A stretch of 63,496 bases of DNA, the filler included, from Octopus bimaculoides (Eukaryota), in NCBI RefSeq assembly GCF_001194135.2. It is 3 parts of 2 records of this genome, joined end to end, with 100 filler letters (N's around TTAATTAATTAA, not from the genome) between each part and the next. Parts side by side here need not be neighbours in the genome. Positions count along the whole stretch, not along the records: positions 31,655 to 63,496 come from NC_068986.1; 2 more parts are not named here. One strand, 5' to 3'. The notes beneath the pieces are model-generated. The model was given only the letters and a program-made list of their open reading frames with translations, searched no databases and had not been told where the DNA came from. Both the position numbers and the translations under genes were made by a program. Of the stretch, positions 37,479 to 49,275 are shown piece by piece; position 1 is the stretch's first letter, and each line of letters begins with the position of its first letter.

Positions 37479-38350
37479 CAAGGTGCATTCAAAAAGTGAC
37501 CGACTTCATTCTTCTTGTCAAAAGTAATGCTGTGTGGACAAAATCATTTAGTTGGGAGGTGACACCACCCTTCCTGTGTATGTGTGAAATTTTTCATGCC
37601 AGAAGGCTGTCAAGTTCAAAGCCATTATGCCTAGAGTACAGATATGTAGTGGGTGCTTGTCAGATTTTTGATTTCACTGAACACATTGAATTTTTCTAAA
37701 AGCTTGGTGATACTTAAGCTCAAGCCATCCAGAAGATTCAGTTAGCTTTTGGTGACAATGTCATGAAAACTCAGATCAAGGAGTGGTACAACCAGTTCAA
37801 ACATAGCTACACTTCAGTGGAGAGTGAAGCACACTGAGGCAGGCCATCCAGAAGCCAAAACAAGAAGCTGACTTAGAAGGTTTGGTGAATAATCAGAGAA
37901 GACTGTCGTGTAACAATCTAGGAAATTGCTCACAAAGTGAGAATAAGTACAGAATCAATGCATTCATTTTCAATGGAAGATTTGTGTATGTCCCTAAGGT
38001 GCAAGCAGAGCAGCAGAAGCAACTCTCCATGAAAATCATTCAGGACATGCTGGACTGTGAAAACAATGACCCAGACTTCAATAAAACCATCATCACTGGT
38101 GATGAGAGAGAGTTTATAGTCTTTACATGATGCGTTTGGTCATCTTGTGTAAAAAAGCAAATTTACAAACATGCACTAGATGTCTGTACCCTAGGTGTAA
38201 CAACCAGGAACTGACATGGCCTACTGGCACAAAAATTTTCATGAATGCTCAAGAAGGGTGGCATTATCTCCTACCTAAAGGATTTTGCCCTTGCATCATT
38301 AGTTTTTTGGGGAAAAAATAAAGTTGGATACTTTTTTTGCATGCACTTCA
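37479..38350 (+). mobile_element. Internally deleted mariner element with imperfect TIRs
   Basis: TA|caaggtgcattcaaaaagtgaccgac at the left and gttggatactttttttgcatgcacttca at the right. Coding: EFF.KLGDT.AQAIQKIQLAFGDN..TQIKEWYNQFK..TSVESE..GRPS and MLDCENNDPDFNKTIITGDE. Confidence 0.85.
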
Positions 38351-40499
38351 CATGTGTGTGTGCCTGTACCACGTCTGTGTTTACACAAGTCAAAAAAGGT
38401 TTGGTGTTATTTAAGTTGTGTTCCTCTATATAATGTCAACTAGCAGTTTGACAAATAGAGATTGGTAAAATAATTTCCTGACTGGAATGCATACTGGGAT
38501 TGATATAATTAACAAAACTTTCATAAGTAATGTTACTCCATCTTAGGGGAGAGTTCAAGACTTCAGTCTCTTTCTCCCTCCTTCTATCCCATTGTCTGTT
38601 GCTATCTTTCTTTCTTTTTTTCTTTCTGTCTATCTGTCTGTTTGCCTCTGTCTCTAATTCTCTGCTATGTCCTGTTAAATAAAATGTCATTATTTAAATA
38701 TAGAACTTAAAATGGTTGCAAACCCTTACACAGAAGAACTATGTATTCCTTTGGCTGATGCTTACGTTAGAGGTGATATATGGAAATATTAGCAAAATCT
38801 AAATTATAGAAAAATTCATCTTCTAGATATAAACCACAAAATACAGTTTGGTGTTTTAAATCTAATTTTTTCTCAACCTGGCTAAGTAAAAATACCTTCT
38901 TTGGTAAAAGCCATGTCCTGATAAAACAAAATATTACTGCATAAAAAACTGAAGGTATGTTTATTTAGACATGTAAATCTATGTTATACTTGTGTCTAAA
39001 AATCAATAATTATCATTAAACTCTAAAGTATAACAAAAAATCTCTTAACATCTCTTAATCCTGTCTTATTTGAAGAGCTCTCCACTTAATCCTTTCTTTA
39101 CAGAATCTTTCAAGCATGATAATTCATGGTTTCCATAGCTGAAGGTTAATTTAAGAGATCTGCCTGTATTTATCAATAGCATTGTTACAGCAACTAAAAT
39201 GTGTTCTCTTGCAGAATTCTCTTATTCAAAGAATCCAAAGAAAACGTGATAAGCATGATTTTTTTAGCTCTAGCATTACTTCAGCTATAAATAACCCCAG
39301 GAAAAAATTTTTTTTTTAGTGAAAGCTTCCGGATTTTTCTCATTAAATAATAAAAAGAAAAATAATTAAAAACAATATATTTCATGGAATAATATAAAGC
39401 ATTCTTTGAAAGGACAAGCATTAAACCTTATCCTCTACATGAATGACTGCTTTTTAGCAAAATGTCCTGATCAGTGTGCTATGAAATTCTAGACAGGAAT
39501 TAGATATCAATTTATTTGATAACAACTAAATTTCCTTAGTTATTTGCATGAGCATAACTTGCCAGTCAGTACCTTAGTGTTTTGTTTCTCAACCCATCTC
39601 ATCATTTCCTATACTATAAATGTCTCTATTTTATTCTTTATTTTTATCTAATAATTTATTCCCAAATGAATGAGTGATTCACTAACAGCATTACTAAGAA
39701 TGGTCATCTTTGGCTCACATTCTATAACTTTATCTGTAATTTTCAGGAGTACTTACTTAAAACAGCATGAGATTTAATTCTCACATCAGGTACAATAACA
39801 AACCAGATAAATAGATTTTTGTTATTCATTAAATGCATAAAATTTCAATGCTATTCAATGTTTTTCTGTGAACAGAAAATATTTTATTGAAAATGTTTTT
39901 TTTTGTGTGTAGAATACCATGCTGACAGAACACTTCCATTTTGCTTCTGATGAATTCCTTACCTGAACAGATTTTATTATTTTCTTTCTTTTGATCATTA
40001 TCTGTTGGGCAAATTTCTATGTTTCTGCATAGTTCCAACTTTTAATTCGTTCCATTGTACTTTTATTGCAATGAGGAGGAGATCAGAAAAACCAAGGGAA
40101 AAAAAAATAAAAGCGATGAGTTTTTACTGGAGGATAAATTAAACCAGTTAACTATTTAGTTGTTGAAGGAGGACTGCATCTCATTCTATATTAACTGTAT
40201 TATTGATATCAAGCTGTGAAAATAAAATAAAATAAAATAAAAACATTATAATACAATATAAAAAAGAATGAAGCAAACTCCATTTTGCAGGGTTTTTTTG
40301 TCACAAAACTCAAGGATTTAGATTTAATTTTTACTTCATTTTTGTAAAATATGGCATCTCATTTCCTTTTTTTTGTATAAATGACTTTAATAATTTGATT
40401 GCTGCATGCATGAGATGAGCTTTTTAAAGCAGTTTTTGTATTATCAATTGGATTAACACCAACGTGTTACTGGTACTTAATTTACTGAATTATTTCATC

Positions 40500-41050
40500 T
40501 TTCATCTTTTATCTTCCACTTGTTTTAGTCATTTGACTGAGGCCAGGCTGGAGCATCACCTTAAAAGGTTTTTTTTTAGTCGAAGAAGTCGACCTTTGTA
40601 AGTCTAGTACTTATTCTATCGGTCTGTTTTGCTGAACTGCCAAGTTATGGGGATGTAAACGCACCAATATTGGTTGTCAAGCAATGGTGGTGGTGGTGGG
40701 AGGGAGGACAAACACAGACAAAGATAAACACACATAAATACACACACACACACAAACACACACACACATACAGACACATACCACACACACACACACACAC
40801 ACATACAACGGGCTTCTTTCACTTACAAGGCTTTGGTTGCTCTGAGGCTACAGTAGAAGACACATGCTCAAGGTGCCATACAGTGGGACTGAACCTAGAA
40901 CCATGTGATTGGGAAGCAAGTTTCTTACCACACAGCCATACCTGTGCCGAAGTCTGGTACTTATTCTATCGGTCTCTTTTGCTGAACAGCTAAGTTACAG
41001 GGAAGTAAGCAAACAAATACTGGTTGTCAAGCAGTGGCAGAGACAAACAC
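40500..41050 (-). mobile_element. SINE array B-A-B (composite A+B plus a further partial B)
   Basis: B at 40500-40725, A at 40806-40945, partial B at 40946-41050, all on the minus strand. Confidence 0.85.
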
Positions 41051-41403
41051 AAAGGCACACAGACAGACACACAGACACATACACACACAGACACATGGAC
41101 ACACAGACACACGGACACACAGACACACACACGCACACACACGCATGCACACACATGCACACATGCCCCCCACCCATACATATCTTATTAAAGCTGCAAA
41201 ATTATCACAGATCTGTTACTCAGTTTCACGTTCCCCTTTGTCAGACAGCTATGATGAGTTTTCAACACTACTGTTCAATGAATGGGAATGTGAAACTCTG
41301 AGTAATAGTTCTGTGGTAATTTTGCAGCTTTAATAAAAAGTATATTCTTCTACCTTTGGCATTTGAGTATTATTTTTCCCACTTTATTTTGCACTTATAT
41401 GCT

Positions 41404-41450
<47 letters not shown>

Positions 41451-41451
41451 C

Positions 41452-41830
41452 ATTATCATCATCATTTAATGTCCATTGTCCATGCTGGCATGGGTTGGAC
41501 AGTTTGATCAGGGCTGACAAGCTAGAAGGCTGCACTAGGCTCCAGTCTAATTTGGCATGGTTTCTTTGGCTGGATGCCCTTCCTAATGCCAACCACACTG
41601 AGAGTGTAATGGGTGCTTTTGTGTGCCACCGGCATGGGTGCCATTTGCATGACACCAGTATCTGCCATGACTGTGATGTTACTTGGCTTGTTGGGTCTTC
41701 TTCTCAAGTATGACCTAATGCTAAAGGTCTCAGTCATTCGTATTTGCCTCCGCGAGACCCAACACTCGAAAGGAACTTTTCATGTGCCACTAGCATTGGC
41801 CACTTTGCCTCTGTGAAACCCAACACTTGA
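41452..41830 (-). mobile_element. RTE-family 3' UTR/tail copy
   Basis: atcatcatcatttaatgtccattgtccatgctggcatgggttggacagtttg..ggatgcccttcctaatgccaaccac. Confidence 0.85.
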
Positions 41831-43424
41831 AAGGTGTTCAGTCCCTGGTTAATGTTAGTCCACTTCATTTAAACTGTTGATATCTTGTAGAGAACTATAC
41901 ATGTTACAAAATCCCATTTCTCCTCCCCTAGTACTATGTGGCATTTTACTCAGACAAAAGAAACTAATGTTCTGACCAATGAAATAATCTGACAGGAGAA
42001 CTGACCCATGAATTTAAAAGGATTTGGAAGTATTCCCTAGAGAGATGGGAATAACAAAGAGCAATGCTAAAATCCATTGGATCTGTGGCACACGGATATG
42101 CAAATGATAGGAAGGATGATAGAGTATGATTTGGGAAATTTTAACTGCTTGACAAGAAAATTGTGCTATACAAAATAAAAATGTTAGTAGTTAATGTGTT
42201 CAAAGATTTGTTTCATTCTTGCAATGTTAATTGGGAGTTGTTGAACTCACATCCACAGTGCTTCTTACTAATTAATAAATCATATCCTGGGAATTCTACT
42301 AAAGAGAAAGCAACTATCCACAAATGAATTTCTGAATTCTAATTGGACTACATAAAGGAATTGCATCACAATCAATTGCAGAATTTGTAGCAAGGTCAAT
42401 ATTCAGTCAACATTGCAATCATGTGTTAACTTTGGCAATAGTGTAAAGATTAAGAACGACCAACTTGGGAATATTCTTTCTTCATTTCCTTTTCATGTTT
42501 ACCATCATTGATGCTATCAATCACATTCCTTCTTTACATTCACGACCAAAATTATTTTTGAGTTTGAAAATGATTCATGATCTCTACATTTATCAAAAAC
42601 TGCTATATAATGGAACCAGATAATCTGTTAAAGAGAGAGGTAGACAGATGGATAGTTGGACCAATAGGTATAAAGAAAGGTTGATATATGAATATATGGC
42701 TAAATATATATATATTATATGTGTGTGTGTGTGTGTGTGTGCGTGTGTGTGGATAGATAGATAGATGGAAAGATAGACAGATATTTATTTGCATTTATAT
42801 GGCTGGATGCATAAATATATAGATAAACAGATATATAAGTTGAGTGAGACACACACACACACACACACACACTCACACAAACCTAGAGAGGAGAGAAAGA
42901 GAGAGAGAAACAGAGAGGGAGAGAGAGCAAGAGAGAGAGAGAGAGCACCAGACAGAGAGGGAGAGACATTGATCCTTTGCTTCTCTGGCAGAGGAATTAG
43001 ACTGTAAGTGATGCAGGGGTGGAGGAGGGTGATATATATATATTTATCTTTTTTTTATGAGTGCAAGAAATAACATCATTTCTGCTAGTTCTACCAATAT
43101 TTACTTAATATCATTGTAATATATATCTGTGAGAGTTTATGCCATACTGTGAGATACATAATTTGCAAAATATACAGATTTAGGTCACTGTTCTCTGATA
43201 CTACTTCATTTTACCTATTTTTACTTCTAATTAAATAAGTTCATTAAAAGTAATTTACAGTGACCTTTTCTATGACCTATTTATCTGTCTCTCATTAAAG
43301 TAATTAGAACAACTTTGCATTCAGAAACGATGTTTGAAATGGTAATTTTGTTGATATGTTCTTTTCTTGTGTATGAAAGATATTTCTTAATGGAAATAAC
43401 AATGAAACTTCCATCTTTTATCTT

Positions 43425-43630
43425 TTATCTTTTTTTTACCTGCTTCTGTCAATAGACTGCAGCCATGCTGGGGCACCACCTTGAAGAATGCTTTTTAGTT
43501 GAATAAGTTGACCCCAGTACTTATTTTTTGTTAAGCCTGGTACTTATTCTATCAGTCGCTTTCACTGAACTGTTAGGTTATGGGGATGTAAACACACCAA
43601 CACTGGTTGTCAAATAGTAGTGGGGTACAA
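43425..43630 (-). mobile_element. SINE module B
   Basis: gactgcagccatgctggggcaccaccttgaag..tacttattctatcag..gggatgtaaacacaccaacactggttgtcaa. Confidence 0.82.
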
Positions 43631-43735
43631 ACGCAGCTACAAATACACACACACACACGCATGCACACACAGACAGAGAGACACATGCACACACACAGAG
43701 TTTCCATTTCCTTTGTCCTCGTCTTGTTTGTTGTT

Positions 43736-43781
43736 AACACAACGTTTTGGCTGATATACCCTCCAGCCTTTATCAGGTGTC
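43736..43781 (-). ncRNA. Minimal type I hammerhead ribozyme motif (decayed: G8A, G12A)
   Basis: gacac CTGATAA a ggctg gagggtatat cagcc AAAACGTT gtgtt; stem I gacac/gtgtt and stem II ggctg/cagcc. Confidence 0.65.
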
Positions 43782-43828
43782 TTGGGGAAATTTCAAACCT
43801 AGGTTCTCATTCCTAAGGTATTTTTCGA

Positions 43829-43902
<74 letters not shown>

Positions 43903-43935
43903 TCACTGCCTGGAATCAAACTCAGAATCTTGGGG

Positions 43936-43992
<57 letters not shown>

Positions 43993-44039
43993 TTGAAAAA
44001 TACCTTAGGAATGAGAGTGCAGGTTCTAAATTTCCCCAA

Positions 44040-44085
44040 GACACCTGATGAATGCTGGAGGGTATATCAGCCAAAACATTGTGTT
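44040..44085 (+). ncRNA. Minimal type I hammerhead ribozyme motif (decayed: G12A)
   Basis: gacac CTGATGA a tgctg gagggtatat cagcc AAAACATT gtgtt. The consensus of the two copies, with G12 restored, is CTGATGA-A-stemII-GAAACGTT. Confidence 0.68.
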
Positions 44086-44254
44086 AACAACAAGCAAGAT
44101 GAGGACAAATATCTGTCAAATGTAAATAATATAAATAATGTTCCTGGAAATACATTACCACTCTAATGTTTAGAGTGTCCCTTTTTGGATATATGATCCA
44201 CTGATGTTCTGTATATATATATATATATATATATAGATGCCATGCCATGCTCGA

Positions 44255-44526
44255 GAAGATATACTGCGCTTGAGAAGGCTTGTCAAGCCAGGTGGAAATG
44301 TAGTTGTGGTCGATGCCGGTGTCATGTAACTGGCACCTGTGCTGCTAGCATGTAAAAAGTACTCACCACACTCTCAGAGTGGTTGGCATTAGGAAGGGCA
44401 TCAAACTGTAGAAACAATGTTAAAATCAGACTGGAACTTGGTACAGCTCTCCAGTGTACCAATTCCTGTCAAACTGCCTAACCCATTCCAGCACAGAAAG
44501 CAGATGCAAAATGATGATGATGATGA
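44255..44526 (+). mobile_element. RTE-family 3' end with (GAT)n tail
   Basis: gatatactgcgcttgagaagg..ctctcagagtggttggcattaggaagggcatc..cagcacagaaagcagatg..aatgatgatgatgat. Confidence 0.82.
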
Positions 44527-44574
44527 TATATATACCCATAAACACACATATATACATGTGTGTGTTTGTGTGTA

Positions 44575-44795
44575 TGTGTGTGACTTTGTGTTTATGTTTG
44601 CTTCTACCACTGCTTGACAGCTGGTGTTTGTTTGTTTATGTTCCTCTACCTTAACAACTCAGTAAAAAAGACAAATACACCTTACATGAAAAAAAAAATC
44701 TAAGTAAAAAACAGTACTGAGGTTGATTTGCTTAACCAAACCCTACTAGGTGGTGCCCCAGCATGACCTGTCTAATGACTGAAACAAGGGAAAGA
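44575..44795 (+). mobile_element. SINE module B
   Basis: ccactgcttgacagctggtgtttg..ggtggtgccccagcatgacc..aatgactgaaacaagg. Confidence 0.75.
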
Positions 44796-44827
44796 GAGAT
44801 AACATTGTGTCTCTTCCTTCTACCCAC

Positions 44828-44876
44828 TACATTGTGTGTACTCCCACCATTACATTGTGTGTACTCCCACCATTAC
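44828..44876. repeat. 23-bp exact tandem duplication (tacattgtgtgtactcccaccat x2)
   Basis: 44828-44850 and 44851-44873 are identical. Confidence 0.95.
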
Positions 44877-45133
44877 TGCACTTCCTTCCACCTCCAAATT
44901 TTATGAGATTTCTTGCCATATTCCATAAAGAAAGAACTTGTTCTTATGACAGTTCGCTGAGTTATCACTGAGATCATAAATGACATCATCATCCCCATTA
45001 TCATCATCATCATCATCATCATTACCACCACCACCACCACCACCACTATCTCATCATCATTGTTGTCACCACTGTCACCACCACAATGACCATGACCGCC
45101 ACTACCACCATCACCATTGCTGCCGCCACCATC

Positions 45134-45167
<34 letters not shown>

Positions 45168-46924
45168 TCATTACACATTATATTTTTAAGTCGTAATCTG
45201 AAAGTAGTCTCTGCCAATTATGTATTAAAGTAAAACAATAACAACAACAACAATAACTACTACAATGACAAACCACACTTGTTGCTTTGTGATTCCTATT
45301 TTTTGTAAAAAATTTTTTTTAAAACTTGGTCTTTGCAAATGTTATCAATTTTGTGTTATAATGTTGGAAGTGAATAAAAAATAAAAAATAAAAAAAAAAG
45401 CCAAAAACATTGCAGGCAGAGAATGTCAGAAAAAGACAGAGAAGATTCAATCAGTTCAGGATTTGGATGTGAGTTACTTTGGTACCAAATCAAAAGTAAG
45501 GAATGGAAGAAAAAAACGAGCAAAAAAAAAAAATGAGAAAAAAAAAACACAAACAAGCAAATAGTAAAATAGTAAAAGAAATTGAAAATTAGAAAATAAA
45601 ATTAGAAATGAAATATGAAAAATAAGAAGCAAAATAATAACAACAAGGAACATAGCAAAAGTGGAATAAGGAAGAAAGGAAAAAAAAGAAATAGGAATTT
45701 TAGTTTTGGAATTATCTTTTAAAAAACCAAAATGGAAATTATAACTGATGGAATATTCAGGATATCTTTTTGGATGGGTAGATTTTTTATGTGAGGAAAT
45801 CCTTAGTTTTGAAGTGTTTTCAGTAGAAGTGAACATTCATGTGTTATTAGAATGTGAAATGATGAGAGGAACTGTATGGTCTGTGACATTTCTTGTTAGG
45901 GAAAAAGAAAGAATTTGACAGAGTAACAAAAATGGGAGTGTTATAGCTTTACAGCTTTTTTTCCCCTCCCTGCTTCATTTTAACTTTATATACTTGGAAT
46001 TCCGAGAGGGTAAAAAATGATTATGAAACATTACCGCAAATGTGGCAAATACGGAATAGTTATTACCGTGTTAATAGTAAAACTAATGTTTCAGAGAATG
46101 AAATACTTGAACAGCATTTACTGAAGAAATTGGTAAAAAGTAAAGGTGTTAAATAAGTAATTTGACAGGAAATCAAAAAATAAAAAAAATGAAGAAAATA
46201 AACACTGATCATAAAATAAAACATATATAAGAAAAGCTAGTAATTTATGAGCAACTTATGGAATAGAAAAAGGAAGGAAAAAGAATGAGATGGTTTGTTT
46301 TATTTATCAAGCTAGAATAGACATTTTTCCTCCAATTCCTAACAGTTCTGAAAACGATGCAAACTTTGTTCTGGTGGGTAAACAAACAGATTCAATATTT
46401 TCAGTGAAATACTTTTTATTATTTCTATTATTAATATTATTGAGGTTAATGTTATAGCAAGAGATGAATAAATAGATAAATAAATAGATAGCTTTCGAGT
46501 TTTGTGCTGCTGTATCAGAAGAAATAAAGCAGTGTCATTGATATTTCACATTGGATTATTACTGCAACAACAAAAAAACAAAACAAAACAAACAGAATCT
46601 TTGAAGAGAATGAAAAATCCAATCTACTCAATGATACAGTGAATAATAACAACTTGTTGATAGAGGTAGATGTTTATTAAATAAAATATAAACATTACAC
46701 ATGCTCTGATGGATTCAGAATGGGAAAGTTTTCTCTTCCATGACTACGGTAAGAATAATTTTAGTTTGGAATGGCAAGTTTGGTGTCAGAAACAGTGATA
46801 TTCATTTATTGATGAATCATATAAAATAACTAGTTATATTTTTTGAAGTATGTGGAGTGTAAGTCCAATGCCCAACATTATAACATTTATATATATTTTT
46901 AATCATTGAGAATATATAGTTATT

Positions 46925-47104
46925 AGCTGGCAGAATGTTTTGTCTGTTTTTATGTCCCAAGTTTAAATTCCATTGAGGTTTACTTTGCCTTTCCTCTTTT
47001 CATGATCAATGATATAAGTACCAGTTGAGTCCTGGGGTTGATGTAATTCACCAGCTCCCTACCCAAAAATTTCAGGCCTTATGCCCATAACAGAAAACAT
47101 TATT
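46925..47104 (+). mobile_element. tRNA-derived SINE (type C)
   Basis: agctggcagaatg..gtttaaattccattgaggtttactttgcctttcctc..aagtaccagttgagtcctggggttgatgtaatt. Confidence 0.78.
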
Positions 47105-47486
47105 GTCATTATTATTTCACTCAGTAGCTAGCAATGTAATCTCCAGCAGCAAAAGTGACATTAACATAAACTATAGCAAGTTGGCTGCTGAAACTGCTTC
47201 TTTTACAAATGTCTCAAGGGCTACACAAGAAAAATTAACTGTTTTTTTTTTTAGTTCAAATCTGACTTGTGTTGATGATGACTTTCATCCAAGGACACTA
47301 AAATAAATACCAGTGGTGTACTCAGGTTGATTAAAAATTAACTACACCAATCTGCTGATGTTTTGGCCATGTACTCGTTTGACAAACGAAAGCCATGGCT
47401 TGGTTCATTTGTTTGAGTTTCAAGGAAAGTTCCAGATGTTTATAACATAGTTGGTTTGTAGTTGTATCATTTATGAACTCTCTCTT

Positions 47487-47694
47487 TTACTCTTTACTCT
47501 TTTACTTGTTTCAGTCTTTTGACTGTGGCCATGCTGGAGCACCGCCTTTAGTCGAGCAAATCGACCCCAGGGCTTATTCTTTGGTAGCCTAGTACTTATT
47601 CTATCGGTCTGTTTTGCTGAACCACTAAGTTACGGGAATGTAAACACACCAGCATCGGTTGTCAAGCGATGTTGGGGGGACAAACACAGTCACA

Positions 47695-47759
<65 letters not shown>

Positions 47760-47917
47760 GACGGGCTTCTTTCAGTTTCCATCTACCAAATCCACTCACA
47801 AGGCTTTGGTCGACCCGAGGCTATAGTAGAAGACACTTGCCCAAGGTGCCACACAGTGGGAATGAATCCGGAACCATGTGGTTGGTAAGCAAGCTACTTA
47901 CCACACAGCCACTCCTA
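47487..47917 (-). mobile_element. Composite SINE A+B, young near-consensus copy
   Basis: tactcttttacttgtttcagtc..gtggccatgctggagcaccgcctttagtcgagcaaatcgacccc, then (AC)n, then gacgggcttctttcagtttcc..cttaccacacagccactcctacgcc. Confidence 0.92.
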
Positions 47918-48464
47918 CGCCTATGCATATTGTTCATTAATTTGAGCAGTGCCCATTGCTTTATCAGATCTGTCTGTAAACAAAACAAGATAGAAGCTAT
48001 ATTGTTAATTTTAAACTTGACTGGTTGCAAGCTAATTGTTTGAATTACTAGTAATTATTTATATTCATTAATTAAGCATTTACGCTTCTCAACACTAGCA
48101 CATTACTCAAACATGGGGGCACATAATTGATAGGTTTTATAACAATGCTATTTGCCAAATGGTTAAGTCTTCATAACCTGTTCCATGGATGCTTTTGAAA
48201 GCCAATCAGAATCCCTGCTCCGTTCCCATCAACGTTTTATGCCCCTCCTTTATTTTTTTAAACATGGTTTAGTTATGCTCATCACTTTTCTCAAATTCTC
48301 TGAGAGTGGTTAGAGATATGGAAAAAGATATTCTCAGATTGGAGAATCGACCTCTAGTCTCTAGTCTTACAACAGAGTGAATTCTGCTAAAGGCATCCAA
48401 AGTGACAGGTAGTGGTGTTAAGTCTACCACCCAAGAGCAAGAACATCTCATTGAAGGACTTCCA

Positions 48465-48615
48465 CACAGTTTCTTTCCAACGAATTTACCTCACAAGACT
48501 TTGGTCAATCCAAATGTATAATAATTGACAGCTGCCCAGGATATCATGCCCTGGAATTGAACCTAAAATCAAATAATTATGAAACAAACTTCTTAACAAC
48601 ACATCCATGTCAGTA
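48465..48615 (-). mobile_element. SINE module A, degraded
   Basis: ccacacagtttctttccaacgaatttacctcacaagactttggtc..aacttcttaacaacacatcc. Confidence 0.6.
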
Positions 48616-48711
48616 CACATTAGTTGTTCAGGTTGATCACCGTCCTCACAAGCCTGATCCCCACCCACTTTCCTCCTGACCGACTTATGTAAGACATATA
48701 TATATCTAAAT

Positions 48712-49008
48712 CAGGGGTTTTCAAACTTTTTGACTTGCGGACCCCTTTATATTTCAGGCTTTACCTTAGGGACCCCCTTATAAATGCTTATGAAATTTAT
48801 ACATAAATATTTGCTTAAAATAACATATATTTTTACATTTATTTATTTAACAGTATTTAACAAATAGGTTTATTGTCAATTAAAAGATTTTCATTAAAAA
48901 ACATATATAAAATCAAATTACCCATAAAAAGTATTTGCTGTCCACGGATCCCTTGTCTTGTCCTTGCAGACCCCCTTTGGTCCGCGGACCACAGTTTGAA
49001 AACCCCTG
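48712..49008. mobile_element. hAT-superfamily MITE, 297 bp
   Basis: Perfect 16-bp TIR caggggttttcaaact / agtttgaaaacccctg and perfect 8-bp TSD atctaaat (48704-48711 and 49009-49016). Confidence 0.96.
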
Positions 49009-49275
49009 ATCTAAATCACTTGTTAAGGTTATCTCTGCAGATTTTCTATAGAAATTATAGCCAGCACTGATTTGTTACAATGTTTCATATCAGAATACAT
49101 CTAGTGTAAACAACAATGCAATCGAAAATGGAAAAATAGGTAATGGAAGTAAGTGCCATATTTCAGGTGTTCTTTCTCCTTCACCAGCACTATATTCAAC
49201 CCATTAACCACCTACAAACTCATTGCTTAAATAACCACTAAATATAGCAGTATACCCAACATTATTGGGTATACC

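Larger units (their letters stand above)
43712..44109. mobile_element. Head-to-head pair of (AAT)n-linked repeat units carrying hammerhead motifs, with a central B-box-like fragment
   Basis: 43712-43830 versus 43991-44109 are ~90% inverted-identical. The centre 43899-43935 reads gagtttgattcc on the minus strand (decayed GGTTCGANTCC-like). Confidence 0.85.

Noticed and set aside
39213-39320. Frame NSLIQRIQRKRDKHDFFSSSITSAI after an acceptor, faintly like the BRD7/9 bromodomain start
   Set aside because: It lacks the conserved PV..APGY continuation, has no donor, and runs into a stop in a T-run; most likely chance.
45416-46750. Possible + strand exons (45416-45468 with a gtgagt donor; ~46596-46667; ~46700-46746 with a gtaag donor)
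   Set aside because: The acceptors lack polypyrimidine tracts, the phases do not join into an open frame, and there is no recognisable homology.
47171-47222. Minus-strand acceptor followed by LETFVKEAVSAANLL*
   Set aside because: Too short to support without transcript data.
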